The translations under genes and the position numbers were made by a program. The notes beneath the pieces are model-generated. The model was not told where the DNA came from. It did no database searches and saw nothing but the letters and a program-made list of their open reading frames with translations. A stretch of 64,000 bases of DNA, from positions 1-64,000 of the forward strand of contig JAQGDQ010000197.1 in assembly GCA_030141605.1 (NCBI GenBank), written 5' to 3'. Origin of the DNA: Tubiluchus corallicola (taxonomy: Eukaryota; Animalia; Priapulida). Below are positions 52,801 through 64,000 of this stretch, one piece after another (the first letter of the stretch is position 1; every line of letters starts with the position of its first letter).

Positions 52801-55800
52801 ACAAAAAGAAAGTAGGAGTAAACTTGGAAATGCAAATACAGCAACTGCAAGCCAAATGAAATTTAGGAATTAAATTTGGATTTGAATGTAGTTTGAGATA
52901 TGTGGACTTGCTCTGCCTCTGTGTTCTGGTTCCCACATACAAAGAAAAGAGCTAGCGGGCATGGTCATGTTAGCAGAGTATAACAAAAGGACCCAAGACG
53001 TGTATAGATTCTGTTTACATTACAAAATTAACACAGATTAATCCGGGTGTTGGCTATGCAGAACTTCTGAGTACACATTTGGAAGGTAGTTCAGATCTTA
53101 CAACGTTTTTTTGAAAACAATAGACCTTCTTGTGAAACCAAAGTCCGGATCCTTTCAACTTTAGTTGAACCTGTGTTTCTGTATAATGCTGAGCTAGGGA
53201 CAATAAAAGTTAAACAGCAGAAGAATTGATGCTTTTCAAAGACGTCTCCATCGAAAATTACTAGGAATTAAATGGCCTGACAGAATATCCAATGATAATC
53301 TGTATGATGTGGTGAAAAAGAATCGTTGGAGTAAACAAATACAAGTAAGAAGATTGCATTGGACTGGGCATGCACGAAGATTACCTCAAGAGTTTCCTCT
53401 TCCAATAGCATTACGTAAAGCGCTTGAAATGACAAAAAAGCCGAGAGGGATTCAGCTACTGACGTATATAGATATACTGCAAAAAATTTAACAAATACAA
53501 CTATAGATTTGAAGATTGATGCATTGTGGGCAGTGGCAGTGGAAAGGAATGCGTGGCACCAACAGGTGGGATGTGCCACGTTTTAGAATGTAGCAGCAGA
53601 ACGTAGACGACGACCGGAGGTAGTAACGGAAACACCACTAGGTGTAGCTGTCATAGCTATTTACATTAGATACAGATTAAAAAGTCTACTACGGGAAGAG
53701 TATTTTCTGTCTAGTGTAAGACGGGATTTAAGATTGAAGGTATAAGCTATTTGATATTTCTAAAACAAAAGAAGATATAGAGACATAAGGACCCAACCAG
53801 ACAAGCTGAGACAGGCTTTATCTTGCAGCAATGGATAGTACATTTTTTATTTAGAAAAATAGATGGTAGTTCTCTATTACTAAGTAGTAACTGGAGGAAA
53901 ACTCATCTGCTTGGGATCATGAACAGTACAGCTTCACTACCAAGATGCTCACAAATCATATACCCAGGTGCATACAGTGGATATTGATAAGGTATCACCT
54001 TTGGTACCAGTGGTCAGTTTTTACTTTTTACTATAAGTTTCTCATGTTTGATGGTGCTAGCATAGGCAGGATGGCAATTTAGATATTAAAATCGAAATAT
54101 GCAAAATTTAACAAGTACAATTATAAAAATATTCTACTTTTAAATTTTAGATTTTTAGTTCACAAATAAACAAATAAACGTATTGATTTTGTGTAGAAAC
54201 GTTTCGATGTAAAAAATTCTTGGTAAATAGATATTAGAAATTGAAACATTCTACTAACATTATGTTTGCTTTTGATTATGGCACTAAAATTAGTACAGGA
54301 AATAAATCTGAAATTCTTTTGCATGGTTCTTTGTACTTTTCTTGCTTCTTTACATCGAAAACTATTTTTGCTATATCATTACCCTAATAAATTTCTGCAA
54401 CCATACAGCCATGCAGTCCCACCACGCTTTGTTTCACTTTATTAAATTACATCACATGATTTTCTTTTGACAAATCAATATAACATTCAAATTCTGCTTG
54501 CCAAGCAAACTCAAGAAGACGTGCATGTAAGGCTTACCCTTTCTACAATCTAATGCTCAGCTGATTTATGATAGGATTATAGGTGTATGATCATTACCAA
54601 CCTGACATTAAAATTTAATTTACTGCAGGCATGAGGATTAAAGGCTTCAAGCATCATAATTACTGGCAATAAATTGGGTCTGGTACTTGCAGACAATGTT
54701 TCACTGACAGATTGTCAAGCAATTTATTAATTAAAATTGCAAGTAATGATTATCTTATGCAGGAGCAGTTCATGTACTTGAACATGTGCAGGTAGTAACG
54801 CGTATTTATAAATTATTCTCCCGCAAAATAAAATATCACATTAATATTTGGTATAAGACCCACTACAGGGCATGTTAAACTCGAATAATGAGAGGCTTTG
54901 GTGTCACCTACATAATTTAATAGGCCTGTTGTCATTGTTTCTTGTAGCATATGGATTTTGTATCAGTCACTATTTCAAAGGTAATTTCTTTGTTCATTTC
55001 CTTAATTCATAAGGGAAAGAGTGAGAAAGACTGTGGATAAAAAGAGTGGAAAAGAGGGAGGGAGAGACGAAACAGATAGGGAAAAGAGGGAAAGTGAGAA
55101 AGAGAAAGTGAGAGAGAGACAAACAGAGCATTTGTAACTATCATACTTGGACTTTATAAGTTTACCCTCATTTTACTTTATTTTGCATAATTTTTCAAGT
55201 GGCGGAAGAGAGCTGCATAAACTGACTTTGATTAGTGCTATGAGCCTCAGTTATAAGGTGGGACAACCACGTTTGCACCAAACTCATTTGAATTCAAGAT
55301 ATCGATATTCTGGTCACGAGCAGAATATATCCAAGAATTTTCTGAAGCTTGACTTACAATCCACGGATAAACATTCAAATCCAACAAAAGCAAGGCGACA
55401 AGAGACGACGCAGCGAAGTGAAGAGACGACGCAGCGAAGAGAAGACTGAAAATTCATGGGAAACCATCAAAGACATTTTAACCAGTGCTATACCTGGGAG
55501 AGTTATTTATGTATAGGCGAAATAACGTTGCACACTTTTCTAGCCGTTAGGTACGCAAATTATTAAATCAAAAGTTGGAGCCAAATTATATTAGTCATTA
55601 TTGTTTACAGGAAACTTGTCTGGAATTTTACAATAATCTTTTTTTAATAAAAAAGCAGTCACACCACTGTTTTCTATTCAGTTGAAAAGTATTGAACGAT
55701 TTATTAAAGAGTTTGTCCATAGGTCAAACTAACTATGGGTGAAAGGTAGCACAATAGATTTTAACCTTTTATGGTAATCATGTTTGTATACAATTATGCT

Positions 55801-57698
55801 TTTGCCACTGACGCACTATCAAGCGTGACCAAGGAACTTTTAACGATACAATTTTTAGACAAAGCATTAATTGGTTGTAAATAAGTATAACAGTGCTTTG
55901 ATAATTGTGAAACAAGGCTGCAAGTTAGCTCCATCTCTTTTCGGACTTTTCGCTGCAGTCCTTTTGCAGGTAGCCTTCGGCAGACTTGGCTCGACGAAGA
56001 GCATTCATGTTCGATTCAGATATGATGGAGACATTTTTGACCTACGTCGACTCAAAGCAAGGACGAAGACACGAATGATGTTCCCGCGTGAAGCGCAATA
56101 TGCCGATGACATAGCTATCTTCTCTGACAACCCGGAAGACCTTCAGGATCTCATCGACATTTACAATGAAACTGCAAAGAGAATTGGACTGCGCATTAAC
56201 AAAAGGAAGACTGAGACAATGAGTGTCGGCTCTAGCGACAGTGTCAATTTTACCATTGACGGAGAACAGCTTGGAAGTGTGCAACGGTTCAAATATCTCG
56301 GAAGTTACATCTGCTCAGATACTCGATTGGATACTGAGCTTCATGCAAGAATTAATGCTGCAGCCAGCTCTTTCGGCCGTATGAGGAAACGTGTCTTCGA
56401 TAACCATGACCTTACCATCGCCACTAAACTGCAGGTGTACAAGCAATGCATCATTCCGCAGCTTACCTATGGTCAGGAAACGTGGACGCTCTATCAAGAT
56501 CAGGTCAGGTCTCTTCGTGCAGTTCAGCAGAGACATCTGCGTCACATCCTTCGCATTCGCTGGGACGACTATGTGCCAAACGAAGACGTGCTGGCTCGTG
56601 CCAAGATGGAAGATATCGAGGTTACGCTTACTAAGGCTCAACTTCGGTGGTTTGGGCATGTGGTCAGAATGAACGATAAGAGACCGACAAAGGCCCTTCT
56701 TCATGGAGAACTAACCAGTGGCTCTCGCAGTGTTGGTCGTCCTCTCCTTCGCTTCAAGGACAAGGTGAAGTTCTCTCTGAGGAAAGGTGGAATGTTGGAC
56801 AAGCTGCCTTTCGCAGTTCACGACCGTCCTGCATGGAGATCCCTAGTCAACAACTGTGCCGAAAAACTCGATGAAGAAAGACGGATGCTTGGATATGCAA
56901 GAAGGTTCAAGTCGTGGATAAGAGATGGTTTCATGGACATCTGACTCGCACTGATTTAGCCGTATCGGCTTCGACGTTGTACTACTACTGATAATGGCCA
57001 CAACCCTGCCTGCTTCTTTATCTGTTTATTCGGTTGTTTATTTATTTCTTTATTTATTTATTTTACGAGATTTGTTTGAGATTTTGGGTACATTGAGACG
57101 ACAGCAGTTCAACAACTACAAAAGCGGTGGTTTTGTGAAACTGCCGCGTGTGTTCACTTTCACGGGTTTGCAAACTTTTCTATCTCCATCGTGTCACACT
57201 GTAATGAAAGCAAACTGAAACAAAATTGAAGTTATTCTCAAGAGCCTGAGTAAAACGGATCTGCCAGTTTTACATTAAGTTCAACGGCTATTTAGGGAAA
57301 TTATTGCAGACGCGCCCCACACACTCCAAGAAGTAACGTCACCTATAGTCAAACTCTTGTAAGTAACCGAACTAATAAGATCAGGCAGAAACAACTGGAA
57401 TTGCATCAAGAGACAAATTTCATTAGTTTGCTCCGCGGTCTTGACTACAAAGAGGCGGCTTTTCAGATGTTTCACCAAATTAGATAACAAATATAGCTGC
57501 GTGCGAAGAATGTGTAACCAAATTGGGCAGAGCCAAAACAATTCATGGAAGAAGCGTTGAAGTCGAAACAAGTTAATGCTATCATGTAAAAAAAAGACTA
57601 ATGAAAGACAGCAATAAGAAAGAAAACGAGAGAGGCTTGAAGGAAAGACTAGAAGACAAAGATATAGTGAGTGGTAGCCACGGAGATATATATAACAC

Positions 57699-57769
<71 letters not shown>

Positions 57770-57854
57770 AGGGAGAGGGAGAGAGAGAGGGGGAGAGAGA
57801 GAGGGAGAGAGAGAGGGGGGAGGGAGAGGGAGAGGGAGAGGGAAAGAGAGAGGG

Positions 57855-57885
<31 letters not shown>

Positions 57886-60800
57886 GTGAAGAAAACTAAA
57901 TGTTTTTGTTTTGAACTAACAGATCTGACATCGCTTAACAGCACACGTTTTCGAACCCACACCCAGTCGGGTTTTGCCAGTATACGACGACAGTAACCGT
58001 TTTAAAAGAAAAAAGAAAAATCTCTTTATCTCAGACATACACATATGTAACACCAGTCACCATTGCCATCATCGTCACTGTCATTATTATCAACATCGAT
58101 AATGTCGGGCTAAAACAAGTAATTAGTAAACGAAGTAAGTGAAAAAGGCACCATATCTTTGTAAAAATGAAAATTTTTATGTTTAATAAGTGATATTATG
58201 TATGGGCAGAATAAGGTTTAGATTTTAGAAGAGCCCGAAGACAAAGGTATCAAGGTATCAAGGTATAATCACGTTCATATCCGCACGCTTTATCTAACCA
58301 TGCTAACAACTGCTTGAGATTTTAGTTAAATTTGGAATGACAAACAAATGGTTTATTTAGTTCCTCAACAGCTCTTACTCAGTTACTTCCATAGGCCCAT
58401 GCGTGGTCAAAACTGGACAATGGAGAGTTTAAAACCATAATCTTTTCCTTAAAATTCGGTGCGCATCTTTCCCGAAGTTTTACAGGCAGAATAGCCGATT
58501 ATCTTGAAAAGACAGAATAAGTCATTCAATAAAAGCTGATCCACAGGAGAGAATGATCAAATAAAAATAAAAAACGAAAAACTGTAAACGGGTATAAAAA
58601 TTTTCATTCGTTAAATAGTACCGCAATGAAAGGTCATGTGAAGCATTGGCGAAACCCATTGTTCTGTTCACATTCTGACACTTTCGAAGTTTCCCTTTTT
58701 TAGATTCCCCTCTGCTCTTAATCTAAACATGACAGATACAATTTTGATTCTTTGCGCAAAGATTACGGAATTACCATTGGCAGTGCAGACAACAAAAATG
58801 TAATTATGGCGTAAGATGTTTGGGACAACAAGGCAAGCCGACACACGAACACTGACAAACTAAATCATGTTAGATATCTACGTGAATACTATCAGTTTCA
58901 ATCACTTCAGGTTCTGTAACCTGTGAACTTGTGAACAGTTTGCATTTTGTTGTCATCATCATCATCGTCGTCATCGTCATCATCATTAGCATCATCATCA
59001 TCATCATCATCACCGCCACAATCATTATAATGTTCATCAACAGTGATCTTGCCATCCTTCGTTGCAGATGTCGACGTTGTCATCATCGTCACTGTCATCA
59101 TTATCAACATCGACACAATGTCGAGTTAAATCATGTAATTAGTGAATGAATAGCTTGATTAACTACGGTACTGTCAACTAATCTGCTAAGTCAATAATTA
59201 AATTAAAACATATAATGCCGTTTACTCACATCACCCAATTCTTCCACTTGTTTATCAAGATGCTGCTTAAATGCAACAGCTCTCTTTACATGGTATGAAT
59301 TTGGTTGACTAAGAAGCACGAAAACAACATCAGACGATCCTGGAAAAACAAGTAAATTAAACACACTGACGATTTCACAGCAAAAACAAGTTGCTTAAAG
59401 TGACCAATACAGAAGCGATTTGGGAGTCGTATTAAATGACGACAAATTATAATGACACATTTTTTGTCAAAAGATAATTTATGTACATCGAATGACTTAC
59501 GGTACAGATTATAGACATTTCAGTTATTCATACGATATAATTTTTAGTAAGAATATGTTGCAAAATATACTTGCCCAGTGGCACAAAAAGGTGGCATATT
59601 CACGAAGTATTTCTTGGAATGAAAAAGTTTGTATCACATATTGTATTTTATTTTTGTAGTTTATTAGTTTGTAGTTTTCCTGCCGAAATAGTACATAATT
59701 AACATTAAGACTCTTTTTAAAAACTTAAGTCAATCTTAAGTGATTAACTCGTGCTAAATTATTTCGTGGGATTGCAAGAGTACGAGGCCTTAATATGTCA
59801 GATAAGAGTGCTGTGTACAATCTGTGGTACTTCTTATGCAATGAGCCAATACCATTCCCGTTGTGCACTTTCATAAGCGGTTCGCTGAATTTTATCTAAG
59901 TATTTTAGGATGGAAAGATAGCATAGCATATTGCTAAAAATTTAACCTTAGCAGTAAAGTATCACGCCTTTAGTTTTTTTGTACAGATGTGATCTAAGGT
60001 TCATAAGTGATTTTATCATTCTGTATAAATATTTAGTAAATTACATTTCAGTACATCTATGCTATGGCTATACCACGTGCGCAATATGAATTCTAAAATA
60101 GATAACCAAACCATGGCAACATAAGCGATTAAAAGCAGCAACGCTTAACGCATCTAAGCTTTTATCGAATTAATTTAAAGCTTGGCGGTTTTCAGCGTCA
60201 CGAATTCTATTCTGCTTGTCTGTTATAATTGCTTTCTCCGCCCTACCATTAAATTCATTATTTGGCAGCTAAAAGAAGCCACTTCCATGCGAGTTATGCG
60301 ATGCTTGCTTCTTCAACCACAATCAAGCAACCGGCAAAATTGTGATGCAATCGAGGCAACCACCCACGTACATCTAGACGCTTAGAGCATTACAATATAA
60401 ATTATGATATACGGAAATAAACCACATGATTAAGATGCGTTAAATGAACCCGTACAAAGCCTTAATGGGACATTTATTTTAGGTGTCTGAATCTGAGGAC
60501 ACTTTGCTTGAACTTGAACTCTCCTTTCTGCAGCCGCCATTTGAATGAGATGTATGAAAGACAAATTGGCAAGATATTTCAATGCAACACTTTTGTGTCA
60601 ATACGAAAAACATTCGATTCTTGCTAATGACGCTGTGATTTCATTTGGCCGGTTATTTGAAATGTGATTGTTGACAGTGCAAATACAAGAGCACACAGCT
60701 TGTAAAGCGACTCGCCTCAATGCATTGTGCCATTTAATATCGATGTTCAGCAGTCGTCTGGTAATTATGGAACAGCGAAAAGCAGAAGAAATGCCATATT

Positions 60801-62387
60801 GTTGTGGCACTTGATAGGCAATGCTGCTGTACAAAGGAAGTGCAAAGAATGCGCCTGCCCAGTTTCCGGTATGACACAGGAAGTGACGAAAAAAGGGTTA
60901 ATAGACAGCAGAGAACATCCCCTAATGGCAAAATGAATGACGAAGCCAAAGACCAAAGTTCCGCTAAAATTATCCGTTTGGTGCTATTCACTGTCACCGC
61001 CAGAGTACAGCCGAAAAAATGCACAACGCGTCTGTATGACTGTCTGTCCATTCGTCTGTCGTTGTGACTGTCGCAGCAACTACATTCAGTGATATGTCTC
61101 TAATGTTGAACGATTAACTATCAAATTAGCTGTCCAATCCGGTTTTCCATATCCGCCTTTCAAATTAATTTTTAGCACTTACATAAATATTAGGGCACTT
61201 GCAAACAGACATTTATAGCACTCACCTAAAATCACACATTTGCGCACGAAATCTATCTCCTACTTCGTACTATAAGTTACGAAGTTTTGAAGCCCAACGC
61301 CTTACACTCTCCGGACTGGTAGGTCTTTGGTCTTGAACCTACACTCAAGGTCATCAAACAACCCACTAAAACGTCTACTTTCTCCTATTATAAGTAATTC
61401 AAATTACTCAATTCTTTATTGTTTTTAAGCTGCAAGAAACCCGTAATTTTGAGCTGATACCCTATCTATAACCCCAACACATGACCAATCCAATGTAGCT
61501 TTATTTAAATTTGCTTACCATCAACCACATCCTTTTTTCATAGAAAATAATGATCATCATGTTTTCATAATTTGTAAAAAAACGCAGAACCAATATGGGT
61601 GATCTTATAATTCAGTCCAACAACAAAGTCTAGCAAAATCAATTGCGAATTCTAACTACCACTTTTTACCTTAGAAATCCCGACTTTCTTAACTTTCCTC
61701 AACGTGTCATTAATCTGTTGTAGACATTGAGGCATTACTATTTATTCCACTCACTCCTACCTGCAGTTAACACCATAAGTTATTCTACACCTAAAGCTAG
61801 ATTTAGTTGACGTTGTTGAATATCTTTATTCATCTTAGCCATCCAAGTTGTTTTTGGTTTGCCAGATGGTTTTTTGCAACATTTTAAGGCTTCCTTTAAG
61901 GTGACTCAAAAATGGCTATTGTCGGTGAACTTTTTCCGAGGAATGTCTATACTTAACATTTGTTGGAGAATTCTACTTTTCGGAGATCTACTTTACTACT
62001 AGAATAGGAGTAAACTCCTATTCTAGTTTGTTCGCAATGTTTGTTACATAAATCATAATCCTAAGTGCATAAAAAAAGGGTTTCTGACTCTGCATAATTT
62101 TTTAGATAGTCTTTCTCATAGGACTAAAAACAGAGGTGTCCAATTTTTCGTCTGACTGGGCATCACGAAAATTAATAGCTCCGCAAAGCTTCAAGCTGAA
62201 AAGGATTACCCCGCTGAGAAGATTATATGAAGCCATATCTACATAAATTAAACTTTGCGTCACAGTTAATTTAATCAAAAATGCATTTGAATGACTGCAA
62301 CATAACTTTATCTTAGAGGGAGAGAAACAAAGAGAGAGAGAGAGAGATAGAGAGAGAGGGGGGAGGGAGGGAGGGAGGGAGGGAGGA

Positions 62388-62461
<74 letters not shown>

Positions 62462-63380
62462 TGTAAGAGAGACAGAGAAAGATGTAATGTAGAATGGTTT
62501 TGCAACATTCTTCTGTGTTTTATTTACCATTATTTTTCATAGTTCAGTTTCATGGATACAGGTTCTTTTTTAGCTTTCGTCATAAAACTAGCATCCCTTT
62601 TGATGCAAACAAAAATGTTTATGTAAAATTATGTGACCTTTCTGGATAAATCTGTAAGTACGTTGTTATACATTGAGTTTGCCATAATTGCAAGAAACTT
62701 AAAAGCTTACTACACTAAAATAATAAAAGCAGAGTCCAGCAATAAGCACATTTTGATAATCCACTTTCTTCTGTCAGGTGCTATGAGGATTCGACCATAG
62801 TGACGCAAAGGCAGTTAAAAGCTGTCTGCTGAGAGAATTCAGTCTACACTGGTGTCAAACAAGAATGAATACATAGCTATAGGGTATATGGCTTTATGTT
62901 TAGCTTCTTATCTTCTGTTTATTGGAAAAACTTGAATATAGCAAATACATCTAGTAGCGCTAGTGGTCTTTCCACACAGTGAAACTTAGTGGACAAATTT
63001 AAGCAGTGTTAGCACTCTACAAGTGTCAACTCAATATAATATTTATTGTAATACCAAATACGTGTGATAAAACTGGTAAATAACCCTCCATATCTATAAA
63101 TGTTTTTTATGAAAGAAAGAGTTTACAATTCCAATACACAATTTAAATACCCCGACCCTATCCCTAACCCTAACAGTAACCTTAATCCTAATTCGATTTA
63201 CGAACTAAATTCTTGTGCGTGGAATTGTAAACTTTAGCCTTCGTGAATATAAATTAAATTTTTTTGTACAATTAGCAAAGCAAAATAAACAACTCCTATT
63301 AAAAAGAAATAAGGTAATTAAACACTTACCTAATCTACGTTGTGAACTTCTACTGCAGGGAAAAAGTGATACCAAGAATA
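37857..63380 (-). CDS. B3GLCT: Beta-1,3-glucosyltransferase (GT31, fringe-like; TSR O-fucose elongation); 12 exons in the window, first (start-codon) exon not found
   Basis: Phase-consistent GT-AG exons, 5' to 3': 63380-63330, 59339-59230, 52665-52477, 52320-52184, 45875-45809, 44261-44136, 42876-42807, 42356-42243, 41091-40989, 40826-40704, 39780-39633, 38000-37857. Motifs: [83 protein letters not shown]-terminal HDEL*. Confidence 0.93.
38181..38351. mobile_element. MITE with about 40-bp imperfect TIRs and flanking TAA (PIF/Harbinger-like)
   Basis: 38181-38221 is an imperfect reverse complement of 38313-38351. TAA lies at 38178-38180 and 38352-38354. Confidence 0.55.
38328..38876. repeat. 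Minisatellite, 10 copies of a 55-bp unit, in the last B3GLCT intron
   Basis: Unit AAAACTGCTAGTCTGAATGCATCCTAAAAATGCCTACTCTACATTGGATTTACCC starts at 38328, 38383, 38438, 38493, 38547, 38602, 38657, 38712, 38767 and 38822. Few mismatches per copy. Confidence 0.97.
41240..41290 (-). mobile_element. Degenerate tRNA-derived SINE head
   Basis: The minus strand reads TAGCCTAGTGG (A-box-like) ... GATTCAAATCC (B-box-like) at tRNA-like spacing. No intact cloverleaf. Confidence 0.35.
44040..44123. repeat. Imperfect (CAA/CAG)n microsatellite
   Basis: Visible trinucleotide array next to the B3GLCT donor site at 44135. Confidence 0.85.
48661..48737. repeat. Pentanucleotide microsatellite (TGATG/CGATG grading into CAATA)
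   Basis: Visible array. Confidence 0.85.
49684..49866. repeat. Palindromic MITE-like repeat; related segments at about 47581-47625 and 48070-48140
   Basis: GTGATTGCCA..TATAAACCATTG / CAATAGTTTATAAAAATTCTGGCAATCAC inverted within the element. GTTAGTTGCCAGCTAATTTGGGAA is the reverse complement of TTCCCAAATTAGCTGGCAACTAAC at about 47583. Confidence 0.6.
51059..51834. mobile_element. Older hAT-type MITE hosting a nested insertion
   Basis: Ends CAGGGGCATAGCCAG / TAGTTATGCCATTC (degenerate TIRs). The 8-bp flanks CTGGTCCT (51051-51058) and CTAGTCCT (51835-51842) differ at one base. Confidence 0.55.
51403..51804. mobile_element. Young hAT-type MITE (402 bp)
   Basis: Perfect 14-bp TIRs CAGGGCCTATTTCA / TGAAATAGGCCCTG and a perfect 8-bp TSD CCTCTTGC (51395-51402, 51805-51812). 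Confidence 0.9.
53080..53600 (+). mobile_element. Degraded RTE-clade LINE 3' fragment
   Basis: Broken frames read ..[44 protein letters not shown]. Confidence 0.7.
55906..56988 (+). mobile_element. 5'-truncated RTE (BovB-like) LINE, young insertion antisense to B3GLCT
   Basis: Uninterrupted frame from VKQGC through YADD, FKYLGS and LRWFGHV to the stop at 56944. Short 3' UTR with a (TAC)3 tail. 7-bp TSD TGATAAT at 55899-55905 and 56989-56995. Confidence 0.92.
57699..57886. repeat. (GA)n/GGGA purine microsatellite
   Basis: Visible array; explains the spurious ER/SL-repeat ORFs. Confidence 0.95.
58950..59150. repeat. (CAT)n-rich repeat; 59081-59150 is duplicated at about 58068-58140
   Basis: Visible array. 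CATCATCGTCACTGTCATYATTATCAACATCGA..AATGTCG..GTAATTAGT is shared by both loci. Confidence 0.8.
62330..62480. repeat. (GA)n/GGGA purine microsatellite
   Basis: Visible array. Confidence 0.95.
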
Positions 63381-64000
63381 CTGCAAAAAATGAAAAGTAA
63401 ATAAATAAATTATTTTTGCTGTACCCAAATGATCGACAAAGTCATAAGCATATTGCCAATTTAACAGGATACAAATTATTCCATTTTCCTTGCTGCAGCA
63501 GTTTTCGCACATATTCTAACATACATCAATGAGCTTTTCCCATTTCTCACAGAATGTGTCAGAATAACAGAAATATTGTTCTTCAGGTCCCTTCTCTTCA
63601 GTCTGTTTTTCTCATTCTTCCATCTGTCTATTAATTTTCATCTGCTTCGCTTTATCAAACTAATATTCTCTAACGACTCCCAGAGTACGCCCAATCAATT
63701 ACAACCCCCAATAAACCCACCAACAAAATAACAGCGAGAATAAAATCTTTACAACCCTGGTTGTGGCGGATCCATACAATAAATGTCCACCAATCTCAAC
63801 CACCCAGTCAAACAGCGCAGAAATGGTTGGCAGCAAAGACAGATCATTCTAATTACAATTAATGAATTTAGTTTTATCTGTAAATCAGTTTTATTTGTGT
63901 ACTGAAATAGCCAGTTTCTCATCACTATTGAACACTGGCATTGTCTAGAATTGCTTATAGAAGGCAGGCGTGCTATCATCAAACTCTTAGCTAATAAACG

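Noticed and set aside
57582-59149. ORFs rich in ER, SL, M, D or I repeats (also 43919-44200 and 62102-62530)
   Set aside because: They are translations of microsatellites.
60380-61105. Cys-containing ORFs (RKCKECACP) suggesting a transposase zinc ribbon
   Set aside because: Short ORFs with no catalytic domain and no convincing TIR or TSD.
61218-61232. Minus-strand TTTTAG|GTGAGT as a recursive splice site in B3GLCT
   Set aside because: No real polypyrimidine tract, and the intron is only about 4 kb.
62102-62240. [20 protein letters not shown].. as the B3GLCT signal-peptide exon
   Set aside because: No convincing phase-1 donor. The exon at 63330-63380 has strong splice sites and the right phase, so the start exon probably lies further upstream.
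63155-63192. CCCTAA-like telomeric repeats
   Set aside because: Only a few degenerate units; such tracts are common inside invertebrate dispersed repeats.

Overview
AT-rich, intron-rich animal (probably invertebrate) genomic DNA. The first 11 kb is a cluster of damaged retrotransposons: an R2-like restriction-endonuclease-type LINE, a second LINE, and an internally deleted Ty3/Gypsy LTR element with an intact 4-bp target-site duplication (TSD). Two host genes follow, tail to tail. One is a complete oxysterol-binding protein gene (OSBP, + strand, 12370-33340, 812 aa by manual splicing). The other is beta-1,3-glucosyltransferase (B3GLCT, - strand, 12 exons at 37857-63380, C-terminal HDEL; its first exon was not found). 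The most striking observation is in OSBP. The exon encoding the SHHPP signature and the adjacent part of the lipid-binding (ORD) domain is tandemly duplicated into two 171-nt, phase-0, 56%-identical exons, which are candidate mutually exclusive exons. The intron between them is complementary to an element about 1.8 kb upstream (strong, about 33-bp core). It is also more weakly and colinearly complementary to an element downstream. Together these suggest a competing long-range RNA-structure splicing switch, set among clustered TGCATG (Rbfox) and ACTAAY (QKI/STAR) motifs, with a candidate 3-nt microexon. Introns also hold LINE fragments, a young RTE insertion with a TSD, nested hAT-type MITEs, a 55-bp minisatellite grown from a MITE end, and microsatellites. 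All alignments and pairings were made by eye; no database searches or folding calculations were run.
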